From Minisyncoccota bacterium (GTDB lineage Bacteria > Patescibacteriota > Minisyncoccia > JAHIHE01 > JAGLIN01): a stretch of 64,000 nt of DNA. Where the stretch lies: the NCBI GenBank assembly GCA_041661265.1, contig JBAZUT010000002.1, positions 12,316-76,315 on the forward strand, read 5' to 3'. The position numbers and the translations under genes were made by a program. The first letter of the stretch is position 1, and every line of letters begins with the position of its first letter. The notes under the pieces are model-generated. The model was not told the DNA's origin. It did not search any database and saw only the letters and a program-made list of their open reading frames with translations. Shown piece after piece: positions 47,437-56,361 of this stretch.

Positions 47437-48819
47437 TTACAGCACTCTTAGGAACCAGCCATTTTTTGATCCGTCATATACGGATTCTACGCGCCTGCCT
47501 TTCAGCTTTTCCCTTAATTCTCCTATTTTCTTTCCGGAAAAAGCGCTGACGCTCCATGTGAATAGCTCCGTCCATGGGACATGCACCCTGCTCTTCTTGT
47601 CCACCAATCCGGCCTCTTTGAACGGGTTGATATTCTTGACATCAAGATAAACCAAACCTTTTTTAGGATGATATTTCCAATGCAGCTGTTTAATATCTTC
47701 TGTCCAGATTATAATCTCCAGATCATCCAGAAATTTTCCAGCCTCTGTTCCTATCTGCATGTCGCGAGGCGCAATTCGTTTCAGATAGCATTTCTTCGAG
47801 CTTCCTGATCCGTTTGCACTATATCCATATTTTTTCGGCTCATATAGCTCTTCTCCGATCAGCTCTCCATATTTTTCCAGCGCTATCAATTGCCTGCCAT
47901 CACTGCCGACGTAATGAGCTATTCTGCATGCATTCGGTGCAATAACGATCAGATCGTCACCGTCCATTTCGATCTCACATCCCTCGCCAATAAGAAGATC
48001 TTCCAGCGATACTGCTTTTTTTTCTTCGACCTGTTTTTCGGTTACATCATTGGAATTGCCTGAATCTTTCTCGGCCTCGATTATCTTTGTCTCAATGTCC
48101 GGTTCAATTTTCCGCAAACGGATTTCATTTCCGCTTTCTCCGCTTATCTTATATCCATGCTGCATTAATGGATAGATGGCATATGTTTCATTGTCTGGTC
48201 TTGTAAATAAGATCTCATGCCCCGCATCTTTATACTGTCCGGACACTTTATTACCCACGGGTGGAACAACGATAACATCTGCCGCCCTTATATCCCGATG
48301 CGGATCTTCCTCTCCCGCTTTAACATTCGATAAAGTACAACCCTCTTGTAACAACAGGCATATAAGCCTTTCCGATTGTTCTTTGCCGGTTTCCTTAACA
48401 TTCAACGTCTCTGTGTCCTTCTTCTGTTCATCTTTGGTTTTGTTTTGACCGCCTTCTATTTGCCTGATCTCTGTCTCAACCATCTCAATACTTGGCATCG
48501 CTCCGCCTCTGGAAAGCATAATTTCGAGCACCGGCCAGAAGAACACTTTGATCGGCGGATATCCATCAAGCTTGATGCTCGGGTCGTTGTATTCCCAATT
48601 TCCGGTCATGGCATAATAGATAGCCTTTCCAAGTTCTCTCAGGCCTTCTTCCTCGCTTGATAGCGTTTCTCTTCCTTCAAGAGATATGCTTTCTGCCACG
48701 ATATCTTGGGGCAGGATCCTGTAATAGTTGCCTTCCTTGGCTCCTTTTTTGTACAGTTCAAGAAGCTCCCTCAGCGCTGCAAAATAACCCTTATCTGTCT
48801 TTTCATCGATCTTTATCAT
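47437..48819 (-). CDS. Paralog-array member 5 (460 aa), type-A N-domain, two tandem EGC middle modules, family C-terminal domain
   Basis: The middle module is duplicated (LLQEGCTLSNV... and LLIGEGCEIEMD...). The C-terminus reads ...GKKIGELREKLKGRRVESVYDGSKNGWFLRVL. Confidence 0.75.
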   Translation of the reverse strand: MIKIDEKTDKGYFAALRELLELYKKGAKEGNYYRILPQDIVAESISLEGRETLSSEEEGLRELGKAIYYAMTGNWEYNDPSIKLDGYPPIKVFFWPVLEIMLSRGGAMPSIEMVETEIRQIEGGQNKTKDEQKKDTETLNVKETGKEQSERLICLLLQEGCTLSNVKAGEEDPHRDIRAADVIVVPPVGNKVSGQYKDAGHEILFTRPDNETYAIYPLMQHGYKISGESGNEIRLRKIEPDIETKIIEAEKDSGNSNDVTEKQVEEKKAVSLEDLLIGEGCEIEMDGDDLIVIAPNACRIAHYVGSDGRQLIALEKYGELIGEELYEPKKYGYSANGSGSSKKCYLKRIAPRDMQIGTEAGKFLDDLEIIIWTEDIKQLHWKYHPKKGLVYLDVKNINPFKEAGLVDKKSRVHVPWTELFTWSVSAFSGKKIGELREKLKGRRVESVYDGSKNGWFLRVL

Positions 48820-48983
48820 ATCTTCACTTCCTCCTTTTTCTTTGTGAGCATGATCAATACATTGATTTCAAGGTGCTTTCCTTTGAAGCCCCTCTCTGCC
48901 ATGCTGTTTATCTTAAACAGTATGGCGGAAAGAGAGGCAATTCCGGCTATTGTCTTTCAATAAGCGGGATTGCCAAAATGTTT
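48820..48983 (-). promoter_or_regulatory. Conserved array leader (copy 4)
   Basis: Seen in the sequence. Confidence 0.55.
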
Positions 48984-49823
48984 TTATTCGCAAATCCTTA
49001 AATACCAGTTTTCCTCATTTTCATCATATACCGACACTATGCGCCTGCCATTCAATATTTTTTTCAAATCGTATATGTCACAGGATTTATCGGCGTTCGC
49101 CGGAAATGATATTTTTTCCGTCACATCGATAAACCCGCCATCCCTGAAAATATTCGCATCTCCTCTTGCATGCATGTCCACCAGACAACTTTTGACATCA
49201 TATGACCATTTCCAGTCAACTTCGTCCTTGAATCCTGTACGCTCTCGCATCCATGCAAAAACCTTGTCAAGAAATTCCCCGGCATCTCTTGTTTCTATAC
49301 TTGCATAGTGAAAGCACACAGGATATATCATCTTTCTGGCTTCCATCACCGTTTCTTCAAAAACACTTTCATCCAAACCGCCGAACATCAGGACAAGCTC
49401 TTTCAACAGCTGTTCTTTGTTCTTTTTTCCGCCTTCTGCCGTCTTTTCGCCCCTACCTTTTTTTTCCCCGGCCTCTTTTATTTTCTCTTCTATTCTGTCG
49501 ATGTCCGGAGCCTCTTGCCTGGACAGCATCATTTCCAGAACAGGCCACATCATCGAATCGATCTTGGGATATCCGTCGAGCTTGATGCTCCGGTCGTTGT
49601 CTTCGCAAATTCCGGTGACTGCGCGATAGGCGATCTTTCCCAATTCATGCAATCCGTCTTCAATGCTTGCTGCAGTTTGCCTGGATCCGGGATCGATCCT
49701 CTTCGCCACAAAATCTTCCGGTAAGAATTTATAATATTTCCCGTCTTTGGCTCCGTTTTTATACAACTCAAACAAATTCTTGAGCGATCTGAATATTTCA
49801 TCATCCGTCTTCTTTTCGGTCAT
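48984..49823 (-). CDS. Paralog-array member 4 (279 aa), divergent N-domain, family C-terminal domain. Translationally coupled to member 3 (18-bp gap, own RBS, no leader copy)
   Basis: MTEKKTDDEIFRSLKNLFELYKNG...SIKLDGYPKIDSMMWPVLEMMLS. The C-terminus reads ...GRRIVSVYDENEENWYLRICE. Confidence 0.7.
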   Translation of the reverse strand: MTEKKTDDEIFRSLKNLFELYKNGAKDGKYYKFLPEDFVAKRIDPGSRQTAASIEDGLHELGKIAYRAVTGICEDNDRSIKLDGYPKIDSMMWPVLEMMLSRQEAPDIDRIEEKIKEAGEKKGRGEKTAEGGKKNKEQLLKELVLMFGGLDESVFEETVMEARKMIYPVCFHYASIETRDAGEFLDKVFAWMRERTGFKDEVDWKWSYDVKSCLVDMHARGDANIFRDGGFIDVTEKISFPANADKSCDIYDLKKILNGRRIVSVYDENEENWYLRICE

Positions 49824-49841
49824 TATCCTGCCTCCTCAAAT

Positions 49842-50921
49842 TCATTCCTCGCATACTCGCAAATACCAATTGCCCCTTCTGTCCAGCACGGACAGAACTT
49901 TTTTTCCTTTCAGCTCCTCTTTTAACCCGTTCATACCATAGGCGAAGCCTTCTATCGAATAGTATGCCCTGCCTGTTACCGTCGTGATATTCTTGAATTC
50001 AACCGCTTCTTTTTCATCTATGAAACCGCCATTTTCGAATAATGCAACGCCTGCATGATCATTCGGTATCATTTTTATGAGATTCTTTTCTCTGTTGGAA
50101 GCCCATAATATCATGCCCGTCACATTATCAAATTTCAGTTCTCTCGCATATGCCTTCGCAAAATTTATCACTTCATCGATGAATTTTTCCGCATCTCTTT
50201 GGGCTGATCGGTCATGTCCGGCCTCAATCCTTCTCAGATGGACTTCGTTTCCGTGATATTTGTTTCTTATTTTGTAGCCGAATTCTTTTAACAGGTATTC
50301 ATAAAATATCCTATCCGGCCTTTCTATGCGGATCCTTACTCCATCATCTTTGCATAAAGCAAGTATTTTGCATCCTTCCGGCGCGATCACGATCAAGTCG
50401 CCCGCCTTGATGTCCTTGCTTGGATTCTTGCTTTCTTGCCTTAATGTCAGCACGGTACAGCCTATGTTGATCAATATACCCTTCAGGTCTTTTGTTTGCG
50501 CTATATTCGACCACTTTCCGGATATCTCAGCTTCGGATCCCCTTGCCCCCGTGTCAGCTTGAGCCGACCCGAATATTTCTTCGATCCTTCCGATGCTTGG
50601 CGCTTCTGCCTTTGAAAGCAGAACCTCAAGCGCGGGCCAAAAGAATATCTTGATAGGCGGATAGCCGTCTATCTTGATGCTTGGATCGTTGTGCTCCCAG
50701 GTACCGGTCGCATAAAAATAGATCGCTTTCCCAAGCTCTCTAAGCCCCTCTTCGGCGCTTGCTGCGGTTTTTCTGGATGCGAAAGAAATATTCTCTGCCA
50801 GAACATCATCCTGCAGAAATAAGTAATATCTTCCCTCCCCAGCTTCTCTCGCATACAGTTCAAAAAGTTTCTTGAACGATTTGAACAGTTCTTCGTCCGT
50901 TTTCTTTCCGATCTTCATCAT
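49842..50921 (-). CDS. Paralog-array member 3 (359 aa), divergent N-domain, EGC-type middle module, family C-terminal domain
   Basis: MMKIGKKTDEELFKSFKKLFELY...SIKIDGYPPIKIFFWPALEVLLS. The C-terminus reads ...GKKVLSVLDRRGNWYLRVCEE. Confidence 0.75.
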   Translation of the reverse strand: MMKIGKKTDEELFKSFKKLFELYAREAGEGRYYLFLQDDVLAENISFASRKTAASAEEGLRELGKAIYFYATGTWEHNDPSIKIDGYPPIKIFFWPALEVLLSKAEAPSIGRIEEIFGSAQADTGARGSEAEISGKWSNIAQTKDLKGILINIGCTVLTLRQESKNPSKDIKAGDLIVIAPEGCKILALCKDDGVRIRIERPDRIFYEYLLKEFGYKIRNKYHGNEVHLRRIEAGHDRSAQRDAEKFIDEVINFAKAYARELKFDNVTGMILWASNREKNLIKMIPNDHAGVALFENGGFIDEKEAVEFKNITTVTGRAYYSIEGFAYGMNGLKEELKGKKVLSVLDRRGNWYLRVCEE

Positions 50922-51081
50922 CTCTGTTTCCTCCTTCTTCTTCCATGAACAAAACTGATACTTTTGATTTCAAGGTGCTTTCCAAAAAGTCCCTCGCTGT
51001 CATGCTGTTTGGTTGAACAGTATGACGGAAAGAGAGGCAATACCGCTTGTTTTTTTCACAAAAGGGATTGCCGATATTTAT
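50922..51081 (-). promoter_or_regulatory. Conserved array leader (copy 3)
   Basis: Seen in the sequence. Confidence 0.55.
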
Positions 51082-52155
51082 TCAGCAAACTTTCAAAAAC
51101 CATCCATTATTCGATCCATCATATACAGATAATATGCGCTTGCCCCAAAGCTTTTCTTCCAATTCGCTGACGCTTTTTCCCGTATCTGAAAATAAGCCCC
51201 AGGAAACTATATTCAGCAAAGAAACTTTCACTCTTTCTTTTTTGTCAATGAATCCGGCTTCTGTCAGCCCCTTGGTGTCCTTAAACTCGATATATACCAA
51301 AGCTTTTTTGGCATTATATGTCCAATACAGGTCTCCTTTGAATCCCCGTTGCCCCCACAGAAATAATTCCAGATCATGCAGGAACTCTTTTGCGTCCCAA
51401 GTTTGAAGTTTGTGCAAACGGATCTCCTTTTCGTTGATCTCTTCTGATATTTCGTACTCGTCTCCTCCAACATAATATTCAACATTTGTCCCATTTGATC
51501 TAAAGATAATTATTCCAATCCCATGGATCGAAACCAATTTGAATATTTTTCCTCCGCTAGGAGCCAGCACGCTCAGGTCTTCCTCCGCATTGCTTCTTCT
51601 CGGATGATCTTTTCCTTTTATAGCATTTATCCGGCACCCTTCATTGGTCAAAAAATATGTCAAGGCATTATTCGGCACTTTTCTGGTTTTATTTTCAAGC
51701 ACCGGCTCGACTATTTTTTCCTCTTTGCCCGTTTCTCCGTCTATAACCTTCTCTGTTTCAACGGGAGCTATTTCGTCTTCTTTTGCGCCCTTTTCAATTT
51801 CTTTTATCTTTGCCTCGATATCATCAACGCCCTGTATTTTTGTTTTCGAAAAAATGATCTCCAGAACAGGCCACATCATCGAATCGATCTTGGGATATCC
51901 GTCGAGCTTGATGCTCCGGTCGTTGTATTCCCAGATGCCGGTTGCGGCATAATAGATCACTCTTGCGAGTTCTCTCAGGCCTTCTTCCTCGCTTGATAGC
52001 GTTTCTCTTCCTTCAAGAGATATGCCTTCCGCCACGATATCTTGGGGCAGGATCTTGTAATAGTTGCCTGCCTTGGCTCCTTTTTTGTACAGTTCAAGAA
52101 GCTCCCTCAGCGCTGCAAAATAACCCTTATCTGTCTTTTCTTCGATCTTTATCAT
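51082..52155 (-). CDS. Paralog-array member 2 (357 aa), type-A N-domain, EGC middle module, family C-terminal domain
   Basis: N-domain nearly identical to member 9. The C-terminus reads ...GKRILSVYDGSNNGWFLKVC. Confidence 0.75.
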   Translation of the reverse strand: MIKIEEKTDKGYFAALRELLELYKKGAKAGNYYKILPQDIVAEGISLEGRETLSSEEEGLRELARVIYYAATGIWEYNDRSIKLDGYPKIDSMMWPVLEIIFSKTKIQGVDDIEAKIKEIEKGAKEDEIAPVETEKVIDGETGKEEKIVEPVLENKTRKVPNNALTYFLTNEGCRINAIKGKDHPRRSNAEEDLSVLAPSGGKIFKLVSIHGIGIIIFRSNGTNVEYYVGGDEYEISEEINEKEIRLHKLQTWDAKEFLHDLELFLWGQRGFKGDLYWTYNAKKALVYIEFKDTKGLTEAGFIDKKERVKVSLLNIVSWGLFSDTGKSVSELEEKLWGKRILSVYDGSNNGWFLKVC

Positions 52156-52323
52156 ATCTTCGCTTCCTCCTTTTTCCTTGTAAGCATGATCAATACATTG
52201 ATTTCAAGGTGCTTTCCTTTGAAGTCCCTCTCTGCCATGCTGTTTATCTTAAACAGTATGGCGGAAAGAGAGGCAATCGGTCATCGTTTTTTTTCGATGG
52301 AATAATTGCCATTACATTGTTAT
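52156..52323 (-). promoter_or_regulatory. Conserved array leader (copy 2)
   Basis: Identical to 43836..44003. Confidence 0.55.
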
Positions 52324-53181
52324 TCACACCACTTTCAAATACCAGTTACCTTTTTTGTCCAATATGGACATGATCTTCTTTCCACTCAATTCGGTCTTCA
52401 GCTTTTCAAGCCCGTATATAAAGCTTTTTTTATCCGAATAAATGATGATCCTATCCCATTTTTCAATGATCTCCGGAATCTGGCTTTTCTCGATCAAGAA
52501 GCCTGTCTTTTCAAGCATCTCGATCAATCTGGCATTATCCGGGATCATTTTATAAAGAGTCCGGTCTTTCTGTGCCGATACCCATACCCACTTATAGATC
52601 CCGATTCCCAATGCTTCCTCGTGGGCATTTGCGTTTTTTATAACCAAGCCGAGTATCGCTCCGGAATCCATAACGGTGCAGCCCTGTACGAGCGACCGGT
52701 CGAATGAAATATCCGATCGGATGTCATTTATTTTTATTACGGGTATGCTTTCGACTTTCTTCTTGTCTTCTTCGATCTCGTTGATCTTCCTGTTGATCTC
52801 CTTGATCTTCCTGCCGATCTTTTCAATTTCAACTTTTTTGTCCTTCGAAAGCATCATCTCCAGAACCGGCCAGGTCATTGATTCGATCGGCGGATAGCCG
52901 TCGATCTTGATGCTCGGGTCGTTATATTCCCAAAACCCGGTAGCCGCGAAATAAACGGCTTTTCCCAATTGACTCAGTCCATCTTCAAGGCTCATCGCAG
53001 TTTCTCTGGATCCGGCATCAACCTTTTCCGCCAAAATATCATTTGGTAAAAAGATGTAATATTTCCCATTCTTGGCTCCTTTAACATATTTCTCAAAGAG
53101 ATTGCTCAGTCCCTTAAACAGATTGGCATCTTTTTTCTTTTCGATCTTCAACATCGCATATTCCTCCTCTGTCTTTTCCAA
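52324..53181 (-). CDS. Paralog-array member 1 (285 aa), divergent N-domain, body related to member 7, family C-terminal tail
   Basis: ...SIKIDGYPPIESMTWPVLEMMLS. The C-terminus reads ...GKKIMSILDKKGNWYLKVV. Confidence 0.75.
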   Translation of the reverse strand: MEKTEEEYAMLKIEKKKDANLFKGLSNLFEKYVKGAKNGKYYIFLPNDILAEKVDAGSRETAMSLEDGLSQLGKAVYFAATGFWEYNDPSIKIDGYPPIESMTWPVLEMMLSKDKKVEIEKIGRKIKEINRKINEIEEDKKKVESIPVIKINDIRSDISFDRSLVQGCTVMDSGAILGLVIKNANAHEEALGIGIYKWVWVSAQKDRTLYKMIPDNARLIEMLEKTGFLIEKSQIPEIIEKWDRIIIYSDKKSFIYGLEKLKTELSGKKIMSILDKKGNWYLKVV

Positions 53182-53354
53182 TAGTCTGAACTAGTATCTT
53201 CATTTCAAGGTGCTTTCCAAAAGTCCCTCGCTGTCATACTGTTCGCTCTGAACGGTCTGACGGAAAGAGAGGCAATGCCGGACGCCGCTTTCATGGCTGA
53301 CCGGAATTGCCGAAATGTTCTATATATTTTCTTTTTAAGCTCAGAATGAGCATT
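53182..53354 (-). promoter_or_regulatory. Conserved array leader (copy 1), between the AAA+ ATPase gene and the first array gene
   Basis: Contains the ggcaatgccggacgccgctttcatggctgaccggaattgcc hairpin variant. Confidence 0.55.
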
Positions 53355-55172
53355 TTATGTTTTCACTCCCGAGCCTGCACCATTCAACTCGGCTTCTGCA
53401 TCATTCAATATCTTCTCCCAATTCTCCGGCCGAAGATGCTTTGAGCTTCCTCTGATCGCAAGCACGATCTGCTTGTTTATTTCCTGCGGATCAAGGCTTC
53501 TTTCCCATTCCTCAATGGCCTGGTAAAGATTCGCTTCTCTTACGGAAGCGCCTCCTTCTCTGGCGGATATCCTATCCGCTTCAAGGACCATCCATTCCAC
53601 ATCCGCTCCGGTAACATATTTCTTTTCCACCAGCAGACGGGCAAATTTCGAAAAGTCCCTGATCTCGGTCGGGATCCCGTATCGTGCGAACATCACGCTG
53701 AATATGTTCGGATATTCGTTCTCGATCGGCAAACCGAACGGAATTATTTCATCGGATCTGCCTTTTCTCTTATAGGCCGGATCGACAAGATCGGGCCGGT
53801 TGGTGATCCTCACCCAGATAACCTTTCCTCTTATGTCAGGCCTGGAACAGAATTCGAATTTCTTCTGCCTCAGGCGGTTGGAAACTCCGGAATCGCCGTT
53901 ATAAGCGTCGCGGCCTCCTTCCGACTGGTCGGCTTCGTCCTCGACGACGATCACCGGCGCAAGGTCTTCCAGGCAGGCAAGTATCATCTGCATATACCTT
54001 TCGGACTCTCCGACATACATATTGCGTGGATTTTGTATCTCAACGAAATTGAATCCGCATTCAAATGCCCAGCACTCGAATAGGAAGGTCTTTCCGGTTC
54101 CCGGAGGACCCGCCGCAAGTATGCCCATCGGAACACGCCTCATCATCCCTGCCAGAATATTGTCATTCACTTCGCGAAGATACCTCTTGACGTTTTCTTT
54201 TCCGCCGAAATAATTGAATCCCCACTTGGGAATCTTAATTTTTACGCGGTCACCGAATTCTTTTTCAAGGATCGTCTTTTTTTCCTCCTTTATCAGGTCC
54301 AGGCTCAAAGGGACCTTGCTGTAGGAAGCTTGCTCATAAATGCCTTTGATCTGTTTTACGGACAAGCCCGACGTGCAGATGCCCAGCATTTGCGCGTTTA
54401 CATTGCTTTCCACATTTATCCTTTTTTGCCCGATAAGTTCCTGCCAAAGCTTGACTCTTTCCTCCATATTGGGTTTTGGGATCCGAATGGCGGGGATATC
54501 TGTCTGAGTGGACCTCAATGGTTCGGCCAGATCACCTATATTCGGCGTGATCAATATCATAGTGTTCCCTGTCGCGCCAACATCCCTGTCCTGAGCCAAT
54601 CGCTCCAAAGTTTCCACGACCAGACGGTCCTGAATGCTCTGATGAGCCGATGCGGCCGGAACCAGGTTGTGGGCGAAAGATATTATCACGACTTTTTTCA
54701 GGATATTTCCTGAAATATCAAGTTTTTCCGCCGTCTTCTTTTCGATCCTTGAAACCAGAAGATTGTCCCTCATGATCCTGGCAAGCAGCGGCAAAACGAT
54801 CTCCGGCGTCTTTCCTCCGATCAATTCGTCGATGGAAAGCTCATTCGCGGATCTTTGCTGCACTCCGATCGCCTTATTTTGCGCTGCGGTTGTCCGGGGC
54901 GCCATGCTTTGATCTTCGAGCAGATATTGCTGCCTGAATATTTTCTCCATATCTTCATTGGGAAATCGTATCCCTGTCGAAATGGAATAGAGAATAACCA
55001 TCCTCTGCCTGAAATATTCCTCTGCAAGCTCCTGATCCAGGGTGACATAGTCGCCCTTCATGTTCTTCTGAAAATCTCCTGTATTCCCCCATATAACAAG
55101 AAGGTTTGTTCCGAGAGCTAAATTTCTCATCAGCTCATCTTGCCACACCATAACATCATCTCCTTTTTGCAT
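53355..55172 (-). CDS. Classical-clade AAA+ ATPase (605 aa) with ~330-aa N-terminal domain of unknown function
   Basis: Walker A GPPGTGKT, Walker B VIVVEDEADQ, and a second region of homology ITNRPDLVDPAYKRKGRSD carrying Arg fingers. Confidence 0.85.
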   Translation of the reverse strand: MQKGDDVMVWQDELMRNLALGTNLLVIWGNTGDFQKNMKGDYVTLDQELAEEYFRQRMVILYSISTGIRFPNEDMEKIFRQQYLLEDQSMAPRTTAAQNKAIGVQQRSANELSIDELIGGKTPEIVLPLLARIMRDNLLVSRIEKKTAEKLDISGNILKKVVIISFAHNLVPAASAHQSIQDRLVVETLERLAQDRDVGATGNTMILITPNIGDLAEPLRSTQTDIPAIRIPKPNMEERVKLWQELIGQKRINVESNVNAQMLGICTSGLSVKQIKGIYEQASYSKVPLSLDLIKEEKKTILEKEFGDRVKIKIPKWGFNYFGGKENVKRYLREVNDNILAGMMRRVPMGILAAGPPGTGKTFLFECWAFECGFNFVEIQNPRNMYVGESERYMQMILACLEDLAPVIVVEDEADQSEGGRDAYNGDSGVSNRLRQKKFEFCSRPDIRGKVIWVRITNRPDLVDPAYKRKGRSDEIIPFGLPIENEYPNIFSVMFARYGIPTEIRDFSKFARLLVEKKYVTGADVEWMVLEADRISAREGGASVREANLYQAIEEWERSLDPQEINKQIVLAIRGSSKHLRPENWEKILNDAEAELNGAGSGVKT

Positions 55173-55190
55173 TTTTTTTCTTTCCTTCCA

Positions 55191-55322
55191 TTATCCGCAC
55201 ATCCCTTCATAGTTCACCTTCACTTCTATCCCGACTGCCTGCAAGATATCCCGCAGAAAATGAGAATCGTCATGAGAGCTGGCATTGATCTCTACGCGTC
55301 CTTCAAAAACACTGACGCTCAT
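55191..55322 (-). CDS. Tiny protein (43 aa), FEG...LQAVGIEV motif, paralog of the adjacent 69-aa gene (DUF2997-like?)
   Basis: The internal ATG at 55322 lies right after the stop of the upstream 69-aa gene. The ORF-track 85-aa version overlaps that gene in another frame, so its N-terminus is rejected. Confidence 0.35.
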   Translation of the reverse strand: MSVSVFEGRVEINASSHDDSHFLRDILQAVGIEVKVNYEGMCG

Positions 55323-55326
55323 AAAT

Positions 55327-55536
55327 TCACGCGCGGATCTTTTCTTTTCCGACGACAGGTTCTTTTTCTTTTTCTTTTCTTCTTCCGTTCTGGACATCTG
55401 TTTCAACTCCCATTTTTTCAAGCAATGACCTGATTTTAAGCTCTTCATAGTCGCACGTTTTGTTCGGAAATCCTTCGAAATCCATCTCGATCTTCCCGTC
55501 TTTTAGCCTGATAGCAACCTTTCTCATTTCATTCAC
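55327..55536 (-). CDS. Small protein (69 aa), DUF2997-like pattern (IRLKDGKIEMDFEGFPNKTCDYEELKIRSLLEKMGV)
   Basis: Overlaps the upstream 170-aa gene by 8 nt, suggesting translational coupling. The assignment to DUF2997 is from memory of that family's consensus. Confidence 0.45.
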   Translation of the reverse strand: MNEMRKVAIRLKDGKIEMDFEGFPNKTCDYEELKIRSLLEKMGVETDVQNGRRKEKEKEPVVGKEKIRA

Positions 55537-56041
55537 CAGCTTTCATCCCGACGACATTGAAGCTTTGTCTGCCGTCGCCTATCGAATATTTCTCAGTCGG
55601 TTCGATCCTGTATCCGAGAATTTCAAGAGCGGCTTTCGCGGCTTCGAGAAGATATGCATCCGTGAACATCTTCTTGAGGCGCATTATCTCTTCTTTCCAT
55701 TCGCTCCTGTATTCGTCAGCAGCGAACCGGACCACTCCGTTCTTCATTGTTATTCCCAAACCATTTGGAAGCTTTGAAGTTTTCAGCGCGCCGATGATCT
55801 TCTGACCGCCAAAGGACTTGGTTTCATTGCGGCCAAAGTCGCAAATATGGTCCGTGATCTCGACTCCCTGGCTTTCCAAGGTTTTGAAAGCGCCCTGTAT
55901 GCATTCCTCGATGACATCATCAAGCTCCAGATCTTCTATGATCTTTGCGAATTTGGGGTCTTTCAGCCGAAGCTCGTTCAGCATTTCATTCATGTTCTCC
56001 GTTGCGCTCAATTGAGCGTTCATCCATACGATCTTACTCAT
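55529..56041 (-). CDS. Hypothetical protein (170 aa) coupled to the DUF2997-like gene (possibly DUF1257-like partner)
   Basis: Intact ORF. Its C-terminal AAKAALEILGYRIEP weakly resembles DUF1257/Ycf35. Weak inference. Confidence 0.45.
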   Translation of the reverse strand: MSKIVWMNAQLSATENMNEMLNELRLKDPKFAKIIEDLELDDVIEECIQGAFKTLESQGVEITDHICDFGRNETKSFGGQKIIGALKTSKLPNGLGITMKNGVVRFAADEYRSEWKEEIMRLKKMFTDAYLLEAAKAALEILGYRIEPTEKYSIGDGRQSFNVVGMKAGE

Positions 56042-56361
56042 AAATCCTTCCTCCTGTAAACGTTCCTTGTTTGCCGGTTTTTAAAGTGCAATTTCGATTG
56101 CGCGATGTTTTGAATATCGCCTGATATGCCAATGGTGCTTGGCATGCGAAAAATTCCAGACTAAACCGGCTGTTTTTCGCTTTGTTAAAGTTAAACTTTA
56201 ACTAAACAAACTAGCATTATTTGAATAAATTGTCAATAATCGGCAGGACTGGCAATAAATGCTCGCCTTTTTTAAAATATCACAAGGCGATATCAGGGAA
56301 AACGAAAGATCGATAATGCCTGAAAACCGCTATTTTAATAAAAAAATCCCCTATTTCAGTT

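Noticed and set aside
42686-53354. Integron attC-like interpretation of the GGCAAT...ATTGCC imperfect palindromes
   Set aside because: The hairpins sit 5' of each gene within a longer leader that also contains an RBS. There is no intI or attI in the window. The genes share coding sequence, unlike integron cassettes.
55323-55448. N-terminal part of the ORF-track 85-aa call 55191..55448
   Set aside because: It overlaps the 69-aa DUF2997-like gene in another frame. The conserved motif starts after the internal Met at 55322.
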